Made by a program: the position numbers and the translations under genes. From contig CM075987.1 in NCBI GenBank assembly GCA_038087875.1, positions 310,001 to 374,000 of the forward strand: a DNA stretch of 64,000 nucleotides, in the 5' to 3' direction. Shown one piece after another: positions 13,811 to 24,659 of this stretch. The notes under the pieces are model-generated. The model made no database searches, was not told the origin of the DNA, and was given only the letters and a program-made list of their open reading frames with translations. The stretch is from Malacoraja senta. Its lineage: Eukaryota. Positions within the stretch are counted from its first letter, which is position 1. Each line of letters begins with the position of its first letter.

Positions 13811-13931
13811 CCCCCCCCTCCCCCTCCCCACCCCCCTGTCCCTCCACCCTCCCCCTTTCCACTCCCCCTTCCCCCTCCCCCTTCCCCCTCCCCCTTCCCC
13901 CTCCCCCTCCCCCTCCCCAACCCCCTCCCCC
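13811..13931. repeat. (CCCCCT)n-like polypyrimidine/polypurine tract
   Basis: About 120 nt of C-runs separated mostly by single T, directly upstream of the promoter. Confidence 0.9.
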
Positions 13932-13969
13932 AATCAGGAATTAATTGCCCCTGTGTTGGTGGATGGGTG

Positions 13970-14126
13970 ACTGTGTTCAGGTGACCAGCCTTCTTAATCA
14001 ACAAACGCTGCCCACAACCACGCCCATCTCTGTTGGATATTTAAATGCTTCTCAGGGGTTCCGCAATCCATTGATTCCACGGTCTGCTTACTGAGCGGAA
14101 ACAATTCCGTTAACATTCCCAGTGGG
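13970..14126 (+). promoter_or_regulatory. Putative VH promoter (TATA-like TATTTAAAT at 14038-14046; upstream E-box CAGGTG near 13978)
   Basis: AT-rich TATA variant about 85 nt upstream of the leader ATG. No ATGCAAAT octamer here, consistent with the known octamer-less cartilaginous-fish IgH promoters. Confidence 0.5.
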
Positions 14127-14172
14127 ATGATGTCTGCGACTGTACTAAGCGTATTTCTGACGTTCCTATCCA
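14127..14172 (+). CDS. ighv: IgH leader exon (MMSATVLSVFLTFLS + 1 nt), exon 1 of a germline-joined IgM gene
   Basis: ATG at 14127, 15 hydrophobic codons plus 1 nt, then donor GTAAGT at 14173. Splices in phase 1 to 14381, giving signal peptide MMSATVLSVFLTFLSSVHS followed by EVVLNQ. Confidence 0.93.
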
Positions 14173-14229
14173 GTAAGTAATTTCTCACGATCACGTGGTG
14201 GCGACCTCCATCGTACTCACTTTCTCCAC

Positions 14230-14288
14230 TCCCCCCCCCCCACACCACCCCCCGCCCGCACACACACACACACACACGCACACACACA
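14230..14288. repeat. Poly-C and (CA)n microsatellite in the leader intron
   Basis: C-run followed by (CA)n. Confidence 0.9.
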
Positions 14289-14380
14289 TTGTAGCTCTTT
14301 TAATTGTGTCTCAGGTGCTACAGTGCCAGGAATCATTGTCCTGTGATTAATCCTCATCTTGTTTATCTTTATGTTTGCAG

Positions 14381-14752
14381 GTGTGCATTCCGAAGTCGTG
14401 TTGAATCAGCGCGCGGTGGAAACAGTACGACCTGGCGGGTCTCTCAAGTTGAGCTGTCAAACCAGCGGGTTCAACCTTGGAGACACCTGGATGAGCTGGC
14501 TCCGTCAGGTCCGCGGGCAGGATCTGGAGTGGCTCCTTGAATACAAAGACTCATCGAGCAGCACCTTAGCCCCAGGGATCCGGAACAGGTTTACTCCGTC
14601 CAAAGAGACTTCAAGCGGCGTATTTGTCCTGGATATGAAAGACCTGAACGCTGAAGACTCCGCCATTTATTACTGTGCTAGATACGACAATCCTGCGGGA
14701 CACTACTACCTTAAAGACTGGGGATTAGGAACCACGGTGACGGTGACTGACG
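14381..14752 (+). CDS. ighv: Germline-joined VH-D-JH exon (IgM-type VH)
   Basis: Acceptor tttgcAG at 14379-80. Open frame EVVLNQ..LSC..W36..YYCAR-YDNPAGHYYLKD-WGLGTTVTVT(D), then donor GTAAGA at 14753. Both V cysteines, W36 and the WGxG J motif are present. There is no stop and no RSS between V and J. Confidence 0.97.
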
Positions 14753-15030
14753 GTAAGAAATCTGCCCTTGTTTCAGTTGCGATTTTACTCTATAATTCGA
14801 ATAATTTTGTTTTTTTGTTATATTGCGTCCCGTGCAACGCTGGATCTTGATCGCTTTAGAAGTGTTACGTGATGCTTCTCCAGGTAAATTCGCGAATTAC
14901 GCTATTTTTCGAAGCATTAAGATACTTTGATGCATTGACTCTGTGCTGCATGTGATGTGGTGTGTATTTGCAAAGTAAGACGTGTGCAAAGGTTCAGGGT
15001 TCATTGATTGGGAGAATTGTCTTATACCTC

Positions 15031-15695
15031 CTCCCTCAAATCCATCCAGGGACCCCAACAGTCCTTTCAGCTGAGGGAAAGGTTTACTTGAACCTCCTTA
15101 ACCCTCATCAACTGCATCCAGCGTTCCCGATGTGGCTCCTATCTATCGGTGAGACCAAGCGTAGACTTGGCAATTGTTTAGCTGAATATTTACACCCAGT
15201 CCGCCTTGGCCTCCCGTTCTCGCGGTTGCCAAACATTCTGTCACCCCTTCCCATTCCCATACTGACCATTCTGTCAGAGTTAGGCCACAAGCAAATTGGA
15301 GGAACAGAATACCATTTTACGCTTTGGAATGTAATAACCCAGCAGTATGAACCCAGCAGATTTCTCGAACTTGACGTAACTCCTGCATAACCCTCCCCTT
15401 CCCTCTCTCCCGCTCTCCACCCTTTACGACCTTCTAGTTCCACTGTTCACATCATTATATCCCCCCTCGTTAACACATCGTGCCCAACCAACAATGGACA
15501 ATTATGGACTCCACCCTTCCTGGGGTCATCTGTTGCCGGCCGTGATTGGTTGTTGTGGCCTTTTCTCGCCTCCTGTTTATCTCGCCCCCAAATCTACTTT
15601 CAGCCTGAAGATGTGTTCCGAGCGGAAACGTCGGTATTCCTTTTCTCCAGAGATGCTGCCTGACCCGCGCGGAGTTTAACCATCATTTTGTGTCC
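15031..15695 (+). mobile_element. Penelope-like element 3' part (GIY-YIG endonuclease remnant and terminal repeat) in the J-C intron
   Basis: Remnant IGETKRRLG..AE.L motif, C-rich 3' region, and the terminal ctgaaga..gaaacgtc..agagatgctgcctgac..ttttgtgtc repeat. Confidence 0.8.
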
Positions 15696-16929
15696 GAATG
15701 CACCAAAATACCTGGAAATACTATCAAGGGATAACTTGAATTGGTATCACACTAATGCTACGAAATCACAGTGGATTAAATGCGACCCATTGAACACAAA
15801 TTCATTTCTCGTTGTATATGCAGAGATTTTAAAGAATAATTGTTCAATGCGACCAAGAAGGTTAGATGGCTCATTGGAGATTTTCTTTGCAAATTTAGTC
15901 TGCTGAAGTGGGTTTCAAAAGTTATGTATGAGATGCAGCCCAATAGTGGTGTCATTTCGTGACTCCTATGTGGGACATGTGACGCTTCCGAATATTTATC
16001 GAGTTGCAGCGAGTATTTCTGTTTTGCTAACCGCCCAATTCGACTTCTGTAACAAAGAAAGCCATATATTGCATATATTGTGTTAAAAAGGAAGTAAACG
16101 TTAACTGTAGATGCTAAGATTATCGATTAAGATTATTGCTTTAAACATTCAACGTTTGCGAGACCATGTGCTGCAATGGTTTAGCATTCATATTTTAGGT
16201 TGAAGAAACTTTGTCAGGACTTGTCATCGATCGGTCTTCGACCTGACAATTTAACTCGGATTCAAAAATGGAGAACGGCGGGGAAAATCCTGCGGACTGG
16301 GTGCAAATGTGGAGGGAAATAGAACGTTTGCGCTTTGGCTCGAGATCATTCATCTCACTTTCATTCCCTGAAAGTATCGATGGGATGTAGCCGCAATAAA
16401 TAGATAGGCAGAAGAGTGGGCCAAGACGTAGTGAGCGATAGGTGAGGGATTGACTGGTGAGAGAGGGAAGTGCATATAGCAACAGTCTACAACCGAGAAG
16501 CTGCGAGATTATTAATGGATATGTCCCTGGAGAAACACGTAATAGATATAATAATTTATTTTAATAAAATATATTGCTGGAACAGCAGTTATTTATGCCA
16601 TGCTGTTTGTTGATGATTTAATCGGGAAATCACATTCCGCTTGGTAATTTGTTAGCATTCCATATGCGTAGTTAGATTCGGGTGTTAATTTTTGAATGGA
16701 TTACATTATGTGCATCATCCTGAATACTTATTTGTATTGAAACCACTGTAAAATTATTAATAGTTGGCACTTATGGTTCTTAATGAATCGTATTGCATTC
16801 TGTGAATTAGAGTGGGTTGATCACAATTTTTAATATTATGCAAATTGAGATTTTGTTTTCGTTGAGCAGCGGCAGACAATTGCAAAATGTATTCTTCTGG
16901 ATGCCAGCGATTAACTTTATCAATTAATT

Positions 16930-19480
16930 AGATAGAGGAGCACAATTAGGCCATTCGGCCCATCACATCTATTCCGAATATCGATCATGGCTAATTATTT
17001 TCCCTCTCAAATCAATTATCCTGCCTTCCCCTAATCTCTGACACCATTGCCAATACGGAACATATTAATCTCTGCTTTAAAAATACCCAATGGCCTGGCC
17101 TCCATCCCCGTCCATGGCAATGAATCCCATGGATTCACCACCCTGTGGCTAAAGAAATAATTCCTCATTTAGAAACATTTAAAAAATATGTGCTGGAGTA
17201 GGCCATTCGGCCCTTGGAGTCTGCTCCGCCATTCAATATGATCATGGCTGATCATCCAGAAGCAGTACCCCTTACCTGCTTTCTCCCAATATCCATTGAT
17301 TCCGTTAGCCCTAAGAGCTATATCCAAATCTTGAATACATCCGGTGCATTGGCCTCCACTGCCTCCTGAGGCCGAGAATTCCACTCTGTGGTAGAGAATT
17401 CCATGATAGGGCCACATCCTCTTCTTTTGCGGCTTTGTCCTCTGAGCCTAGACTCTCCTACTCCTGGAAACATCCTCTCCACATCCACTCTCTCTAGACA
17501 TTTCGTTATTCGATAGGTTTGAATGAGTCGTAGTCGTTTCCGTCGTCGTCGCCCCCCCCTCCCCCCTCGCCCAGCCAACCCCCCCTTGCCCAGCGAGTGC
17601 AGGCCCAGAACCAAGAGCTCCTTATACGTTGACCCAATCAACCCCGGGATCATTCTCGTAAAGCTCATATGGATCCTTTCCAACGCTGGGACCCCCTTCA
17701 GATATCTTCAAAACTGCTTCGAAATTTCATTTTTTTTTCAGACCAGCGGCTCATATAGTATAGCACTTTATCTTTTTATATTTTAATCCACACGAAATGA
17801 ATACTAACATCGCCTTTGCCTTCCTTACTACCGACTCGCCCTTCTAAGTAACCTTTTGGGATCCTGCACAAGTGCTCCCAAGTCTCTTTGCACCTCCGAT
17901 TTCTCAAAATGTCTCCCCATTTGGAAAATAGTCTACCCCTTCATTCCATCTACCAAAGTGCATTGCCATACACCTTGCTACGTTGCATTTATTAGTCATG
18001 GGGTCATAGATTAATACAGTGTGGAAACAGGCCCTTCGGCCCAACTCGCCCACACTGGCCAATAATGTCCCAGCTACACCAGTCACACTTGCCTGCGCTT
18101 GTTCCATAATCCTCCAAACCCGTCCTATCCATGTACCTGTCCAACCCGTTTCTTAAACGATGGGATAGTCCTGGTCTCATCTACCTCCTCAGGCAGCTTG
18201 TTAATAATAGGAATCCGAGTTACCTCTCGGATTCTTATTAAGTATTTTCCTCTTGAACCTATGTCCTCTGCTCCTCCATACCCCTACTCTGGGTAAAGAC
18301 TCTGTGCATCTACCCGATCTATTCCTCTCATGATTTTGTATACCTCTATAAAATCCCTCCTCATTCTCCTATGCTCCATGGAATAGAGAACCAGCCTACT
18401 GAGGTGAGAAAAAACGTTTTCACCCAGAGAGATGTGAACTGAGGTGAGATAATCCTTTTTCACCCAGAGAGTTGTGAATTTCTGGAATTCCCTGCCACAG
18501 AAGGCGGTGGAGGCCAAGTCACTGGATGGATTTAAGAGAGAGTTAGATAGAGGAATCAAGGGATATGGGGAGAAGCATGCACGGGTTATTGATTGGGAAT
18601 GATCAGCCATGATCATGAATGGCGGTGCTGGCTCGAAGGGCTGAATAGCCTCCTCATGCACCTATTTTCTATGTTTCTATGTGTCTATGTTACTCAACCT
18701 CTCCCTATAGCTCACATCCTCTAGTCCTGGAAACCTCGTAAATCTATTCTGAACCGTTTCAAGCGTGACAATATATTTCCCATAACATGGTGCCCAGAAC
18801 TGAACTCAATATTCTAAATGCGGTCTCACCAACATTTTATACAACTGCAACATGACCTCCCAACTTCTATACTCAATACTCTGCGTGATGAAGGCCAAAG
18901 TGCCAAAAGCCTTTTTGACCACATTATCTACCTGCGACTCGACTTTCAATGAACCATGCACCTGCACTCCTAGATCCTTCTGCTCTACAACACTACCCAG
19001 AGGCCGACCATTTACTGTTTGTGATCCTGCCCTTGTTCGACGTCCGAAATGCTCTGTATTACATTTCATCAACCATTCCTCCGCCCACCTGGCCAATCGA
19101 TCCAGATCCTGCTGCAATCGTTCACAACCATCTTCACTATCTGCAAAACCACTAACTTTTGTGTCATCAGCAAACTTTCTAATCGTGCCCTGTATGATCT
19201 CATCCAAATAATTGATGTAGATGACAAACATCTCTCCTCCCCCCCCCACCCACCTCCCCGTTCAAGTAATTCTGCAGACTGCCTACTTCCGCAAAGCTAT
19301 TGTCTCTGCTTGTGTCACATTATTCACAAATATGTCCACAAAGCCTTCAGTTCCCTCCTCCAAATCATTAACATAACGTGAAGAGTAGGCCCAATACTCA
19401 TCCCGTGAGGACACCACTAGTCACCGGTCACCTACTAGAAGAATCCCCTTTATTGGCACTCTTTTATCTACAGCTACAGA
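16930..19480. mobile_element. Cluster of CR1 fragments in the J-Cmu1 intron (mostly minus; one plus copy at about 18390-18690)
   Basis: CR1 3' ends (ggccattcggccc) and RT remnants (FADD at 18806-19249). Confidence 0.8.
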
Positions 19481-20341
19481 TGTAGTCCATCTGCTCCAGG
19501 TGAATTATCCACCTTTAGACTTTTCAGCTTCACAAGGACTTTCTCCAGGAGAATGGGGTCTGCACTTATTTCTGCCCCGGGGCCCGCCATTTCTTTGTCT
19601 CCCATTACTACTTATCCGTTTAAGAGATATACAGCACGTTATAATGGATATAAGTCAATATATCTGGGACACCTGATGCTGTTGCATTGGATTTTGCTGA
19701 CGCTGGCGTTACAATGACTTTGCACTCAGTGTGCTTGTGGGCCGGAGAGTTCACGCCTGCTGTTGTGAATACCCTGGCAAGTTGCTACCCTGTAATGCAT
19801 AGATCCTAGCTCGTGTAAGTATGGTGCACGGCTGGGATTGGGAGACAGGGGAAAGCCTGCTAGAGTCATCTCCAACAAATGAAGATGCATTGGTCCATTT
19901 TTCACTGCACAGTTTGTTGCGTAATATGGAAGGTATCCCAACACGCACCTCGCTTGTGCCATGCAGATTTCGAGAATCCTTTGCGGTTTCAAGAATGAAT
20001 AGTCAGTTATATTAAATTATAGTCAGTTTATACTTGGTCCGTTATAATTTGCGCGGTATTGCTGACAAAGAACTTTGGATATACACTACAAAAAAATTCA
20101 AGGAGAGATCTTTCTTTAAGCTGTTACTAGTACCCCTTGCACTTATGTGGAATTGTATATTGCGGAAATAATTTCGCTCTAAATTGACCAAGACGGAATG
20201 TTGTGCTGCCATTGACTCGGGTGGTTTCATGAACCGAAAATCTGTAAATTATTTCGCTATATATTGATCCATTGTTTTATTTGAATATGAGGCAAGGAAA
20301 CAATGAAGAGTTAATTTATTCACTGAATTTTTCTCTTCCAG

Positions 20342-20638
20342 CGGATCCATCTGCTCCCAACCTCTATCCCCTTCGCACTTGTGTGGATCCCAGCTCCATG
20401 GACTCGTTCACCTTCGGCTGTTTGGCAATGGACTACACCCCGATGGGCATCACGCTCTCCTGGAAAAAAGATAATGAGTCGATTACCACAGGAGTGAAGA
20501 CGTATCAGGCATTAAAAAACAAGAGGGGAACATACACCAAGAGCAGCCAATTGACCATCGCCAAGGCAGACGCGGAAAAGCGCACAATCTACTGTGTGGT
20601 TCAGCATGGCGGTAAAGCGAATAACGTAAAAATGCCAG
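20342..20638 (+). CDS. ighm: IgM constant exon Cmu1
   Basis: Acceptor cttccAG at 20340-41 and donor GTACGT at 20639. C1-set domain (FGCLAMDY..SWKKDNE..SSQLTI..IYCVV) with an extra N-terminal Cys (LRTC) where the light-chain bond is expected. Confidence 0.95.
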
Positions 20639-20904
20639 GTACGTGTTGGGATATGCCCCAGTTTGAAATATATAGTTCCGAGTACGAGGTTTAACAATTG
20701 GAGAAGATATATTCAAATTCCACGTATAAGTTGTTGATTTGCTGTTGCCATATTGACATGAAGCATGTTGATGAAGTCTCCGTATACCACTGAATAAAGC
20801 AAATAGAATTCAGGCCTTTAGATAAATATGAAAGTACGGGAGTTCTGGACCACTGTATACACTTTCGTTCCCAACATAACTATAAAACTGTAGAAGTCTC
20901 AGGA

Positions 20905-21250
20905 GAAACATAGAAAATAGGTGCAGGAGGAGGCCATTCGGCCCTTTGAGCCAGCACCACCATTCGTTGTGATCATGGCTGATCATCCCCTATCAATAAC
21001 CCGTGCCGGCCTTCTTCCCATATCCCTTGATTCCAATAGCCCCTAGTGCTCTATCTAACACTCTCTAAATCTATCCAGTGATTTGGCCTCCACTGCCCTC
21101 TGTGGCAGGGAATTCCACAAATTCACATTTCTCTGGGTGAAAAAGAGTTTTCTCACCTCAGTCTTAAAAGGCTTCCCCTTTATTCTACGACTGTGGCCCC
21201 TGGTTCTGGACTCGCCCAACATTGGGAACATTTTTCGTGCATCTAGCAAA
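20905..21250 (-). mobile_element. CR1 3' end in the Cmu1-Cmu2 intron
   Basis: (CATAGAAA)n tail and RT C-terminal remnant. Confidence 0.88.
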
Positions 21251-21793
21251 GAAACATAGAAAACAGGTCACAACATGAACAGCAACTCTTTTCCGCAGGG
21301 CAGTGGGATGGCAGCGATGTTTAAAGTCGATCCACCACCTGTGCTGTTGGGAAGGAAGGAGACGCGGTGCCTCAATCTGCGAGGCTTTTCGCCGTTTAAA
21401 AGTTATAAAGCCATAAATTTACCCGAGTGAACTTCAAAAGAGCGATCATCTGTGCAGTACCACGGGAGCACGTCCGTGGTAAATTGGGAGAAGCTTAGCT
21501 CGTTAACAGGGGAGCCTCTGAAATAAACATCTTATGAGCTTAATGTGGACTCTTGGAATAATATTCCGAAAATCGTCACGGCAGACTATGACGTGCCTAT
21601 CTATAATATTCCCACTTCGTAGCAGTCTGTAATGAACCTTGATACACCGATGATTTAGCAACACCTTGATAATTCTGAGTGGGAGACTATTTATTCAGGA
21701 GAATTGTCTTTTGTGTTACAAGTTGTTTTTATTATTAAGCGGTAGTAGTTTGGGAACTTTGAAGTTTATTAATTGAAGTTTATTTTCTTCAAG

Positions 21794-22105
21794 ATTCAAT
21801 GGTGCATCATCCAGTCATCGCCATTACTCTGACTGAACTTGATGAACTAAAACGCAACAAGAAAGCGACTGCCGTGTGTTCGCTCACCGACATCGGTCCA
21901 CAGAAATTTTCCGTTACCTGGCTGAAGAATGGCGAGCCTCTGGATTCTGGCATCGTCACTTCTCCCGCCTTCAAACTGAACGGCACCTTCTCAGCGACCA
22001 GCCAGTTGACATTCCCAACTCGAGAGTGGTTCGGAGGTGCTATCTATACCTGCCAGGTCGACCAAGGAAAGGATCGGCTGAGCCAAAACATCAGCAGGTC
22101 TCCAG
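21794..22105 (+). CDS. ighm: IgM constant exon Cmu2
   Basis: Acceptor cttcaAG at 21792-93 and donor GTAAGA at 22106. Domain ATAVCS..VTWLKNG..NGTFSATSQLT..EWF..YTCQV. Confidence 0.93.
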
Positions 22106-22344
22106 GTAAGAAACACATCCATGGTATCAGATATCAGTGTGAATACTAGCCTTCACTGACATTGAGACAGCCCATGACGCACACCCTCATTCAATTTCTT
22201 GCGTTGCTCTCAGAGTTCATTTCAAGACGATTTAGGACCGTAGTTCATAGACCCAAAGCCAAGCCCTCTTCGGAGGAAATGTGTGAACCATTAATTCCGG
22301 TTTCTCCAGGCAATCCTTGTGTTTACATCATTTTTGTGCCACAG

Positions 22345-22647
22345 ATGATGCTTCCTGCCGCAAAGCAAAGATTACAATCCACCCACCACCTGTGCAGCAG
22401 GAGTTAATGGAGATGACCGTGACTTTAACCTGTATAGTCTCCGATGCACCTGTTGGGATCAAAGTGTCTTGGAGCCGAGGAAAGACGCCTTTGGATTCAG
22501 AGATCCTGTCCACAGAAGATGCGGATGTTGTAGAGAGCAAAGCGAACATCTCGTCGCGTGACTGGATGAGTGGGGATGAGTTTGATTGCGTAGTGAGCCA
22601 TGATGATATGCCGACTCCAAAAAGGGAATCAATCTACAAGATGACAG
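22345..22647 (+). CDS. ighm: IgM constant exon Cmu3
   Basis: Acceptor ccacAG at 22343-44 and donor GTGAGC at 22648. Domain TVTLTCIVSDAP..VSW..WMSGDEFDCVVSHDDMPTP, with an N-terminal extra Cys (ASCR). Confidence 0.94.
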
Positions 22648-22704
22648 GTGAGCCGGGGTAGCTGCAGTGGAGTTCTGCGGACCGGAAGAGACGGGTGCAC
22701 TTTT

Positions 22705-23400
22705 AGAAACATAGAAAATAGGTGCAGGAGGAGGCCATTCGGCCCTTCGAGCCAGCACCGCCATTCATTGTGATCATGGCTGATCGTCCCCTATCAATAA
22801 CCCGTGCCTGCATTCTCCCCATATCTCTTGACTCCACTAGCCCCTAGAGCTCTATCTAACTCTCTCTTAAATCCATCCAGTGACTTGGCCTCCACTGCCC
22901 TCTGTGGCAGGGAATTCCATAAATTCACAACTCTCTGGTGAAAAGGTTTTTTCTCACCTCAGTCTTAAATGACCTCCCCTTTATTCTAAGACTGTGGCCC
23001 CTGGTTCTGGACTCATCCCACATTGGGAACATTTTCCCTGCATCTAGCTTGTCCAGTCCTTTTATAATTTTATGTTTCTATAAGATCCCCCTCATCCTTC
23101 TAAACTCCAGTGAATACAAGCCTAGTCTTTTCAATCTTCCCTCGTATGACAGTCCCGGGTTCCCAGGGATCAATCTCGCGAACCTACGCTGCACTGCCTC
23201 AATCACAAGGATGTCCTTCCTCAAATTAGGAGACCAAAACTGTACACAATACTCCAGATGTGGTCTCACCTGAGCCCTATACAACTGCAGAAGAACCTCT
23301 ATAATCCTATACTGAAATCCTCTTGTTATGAAGGCCAACATTCCATTAGCTTTCTTCAATGCCTGCTGTACCTGTAAGCCAACATTCAGTGACCGGTGTA
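22705..23400 (-). mobile_element. CR1 3' fragment in the Cmu3-Cmu4 intron
   Basis: Tail plus VRPHLEYCVQFWSP motif. Confidence 0.9.
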
Positions 23401-23869
23401 CAAGGGTTCACCGGTTAGAGAAACAATCATTGAGTGTGATCACTGAGTCGGCGAACACATATCTATGCAAAAAGAAGCAGTGCTAACAATTCACTAAGTC
23501 TTTGGTCTTAACTGGAAAAGAGATAAAGCGAAAATAATTTGCGGAAAAAATGAGGTGCGTTCAGGTCAATGGAAATATCTACGATTATATCGGGCTAGGC
23601 TTCATGTGCAAGTATGTTGTGACTGAGTTCCAGTCAATAGGACACAATTGCATTGTGGATGAGTGCAGCGTTTTCAAAAACCGCAAGGATTTAGCAGGGA
23701 TATGGGTAGGCCTCGCAAATGAGGTTGTGGTAAAGCAGAGGAAATACCGCTTTTGAAACAGGCACATAAAACGGGTTACTAAAATTCAGAAAAGAATCAT
23801 CAAATGTCTGCTAGCTTTATATCGCTTTAATGTTCTGGTGTAATAAACGCCATTTGATTTGTTCCATAG

Positions 23870-24261
23870 ATCCACATCCCCGGGAACCGTCCGTCTCGGT
23901 CTTCCAGCCGCCGACAGAAGAAGTCTCCGTTCACAAGACCATCACCCTCACCTGCTTGGCGAGAGGATTCTCCCCTCGCAGGATCTTCGTCACATGGACA
24001 GTCGATAACCAGCGGGTGCATTCGAGCAACTACAGCAACACCGAGGTGGTGGCGGAGAACGGCGACAACTCCTTCTTCATGTACAGCCTGTTATCCGTTG
24101 GGGCAGAGCAATGGGCGAGCGGAGCCTCGTTCTCCTGTGTGGTTGGACACGAAGCACTACCCATGAAGACCATCGTTAGAACGGTCAATAAGTCCAGCGG
24201 TAAACCCAGTTTTGTGAATGTTTCTCTTCTATTGATGGATACTGTCAGTTCATGTCAATGA
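23870..24261 (+). CDS. ighm: IgM constant exon Cmu4 plus secretory tailpiece
   Basis: Acceptor ccatAG at 23868-69. Domain [22 protein letters not shown], then tail [20 protein letters not shown] with the NVS glycosylation site and penultimate Cys. Internal donor G/GTAAA at 24199/24200 serves the membrane form. Confidence 0.97.
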
Positions 24262-24288
24262 GAATGACGTAGCTGCATTTCACTCTTA

Positions 24289-24304
24289 AATAAATACGAA
24301 TAAA
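24289..24304 (+). terminator. Secretory-form polyadenylation signals (two AATAAA)
   Basis: AATAAA at 24289-24294 and 24299-24304, 28 nt after the secretory stop codon. Confidence 0.8.
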
Positions 24305-24659
24305 TGCCTTTGTCTCCCAATCCTGAGTTGAACCCATGAATGCCCATTTAATGATATTTCCTAATTCTGCCAAAACGACGAACAGATATATTAACGTAGA
24401 TAGCTGACAATATCAGCAAACATTTATGTAAAACCAATGCACACTGCCGAGCAGCAAGAGGGGTTTGGAAATAATTTACAGCTGCATCAATACAGGAATC
24501 GGGGGGGGGGGGGGGGGCACCGTCATTGTTGCTCTTGCTGTGGACACGGCGATGCAAATCTGTTGATTTCCGTTTCCTTCTTTCTCCTCCTCCCAATCTA
24601 CTTAAACCCGAGACAGGATCGCAGACGCAAGGCATTGTTTATGTTCATACGTTCATAGG

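Noticed and set aside
13742-14287. Gly/Pro-rich ORFs overlapping the promoter (13742-13933, 13773-13970, 13789-14004, 13994-14287)
   Set aside because: Artefacts of the C-rich tract and the (CA)n repeat.
14305-14380. Alternative splice acceptor (tctcAG at 14313-14) in the leader intron
   Set aside because: Using it adds 66 nt containing an in-frame TGA. The downstream acceptor gives the canonical VHS/EVV junction.
14127-14752. Processed (retrotransposed) rearranged Ig mRNA as the origin of the joined VDJ
   Set aside because: The leader intron, the J-C intron and all C introns are present, with no poly(A) tail or TSD.
14753-20341. Class-switch (S) region in the J-C intron
   Set aside because: No tandem AGCT/GAGCT-rich array is visible. 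The intron is unique AT-rich DNA plus CR1 and Penelope fragments.
21299-21430. DPPP..RCLNLRGFSP peptide resembling an extra Ig C-domain pseudo-exon between Cmu1 and Cmu2
   Set aside because: Wrong splice phase, no conserved Trp, an early stop and no properly spaced second Cys, so it is probably chance. A profile search of the intron would settle it.
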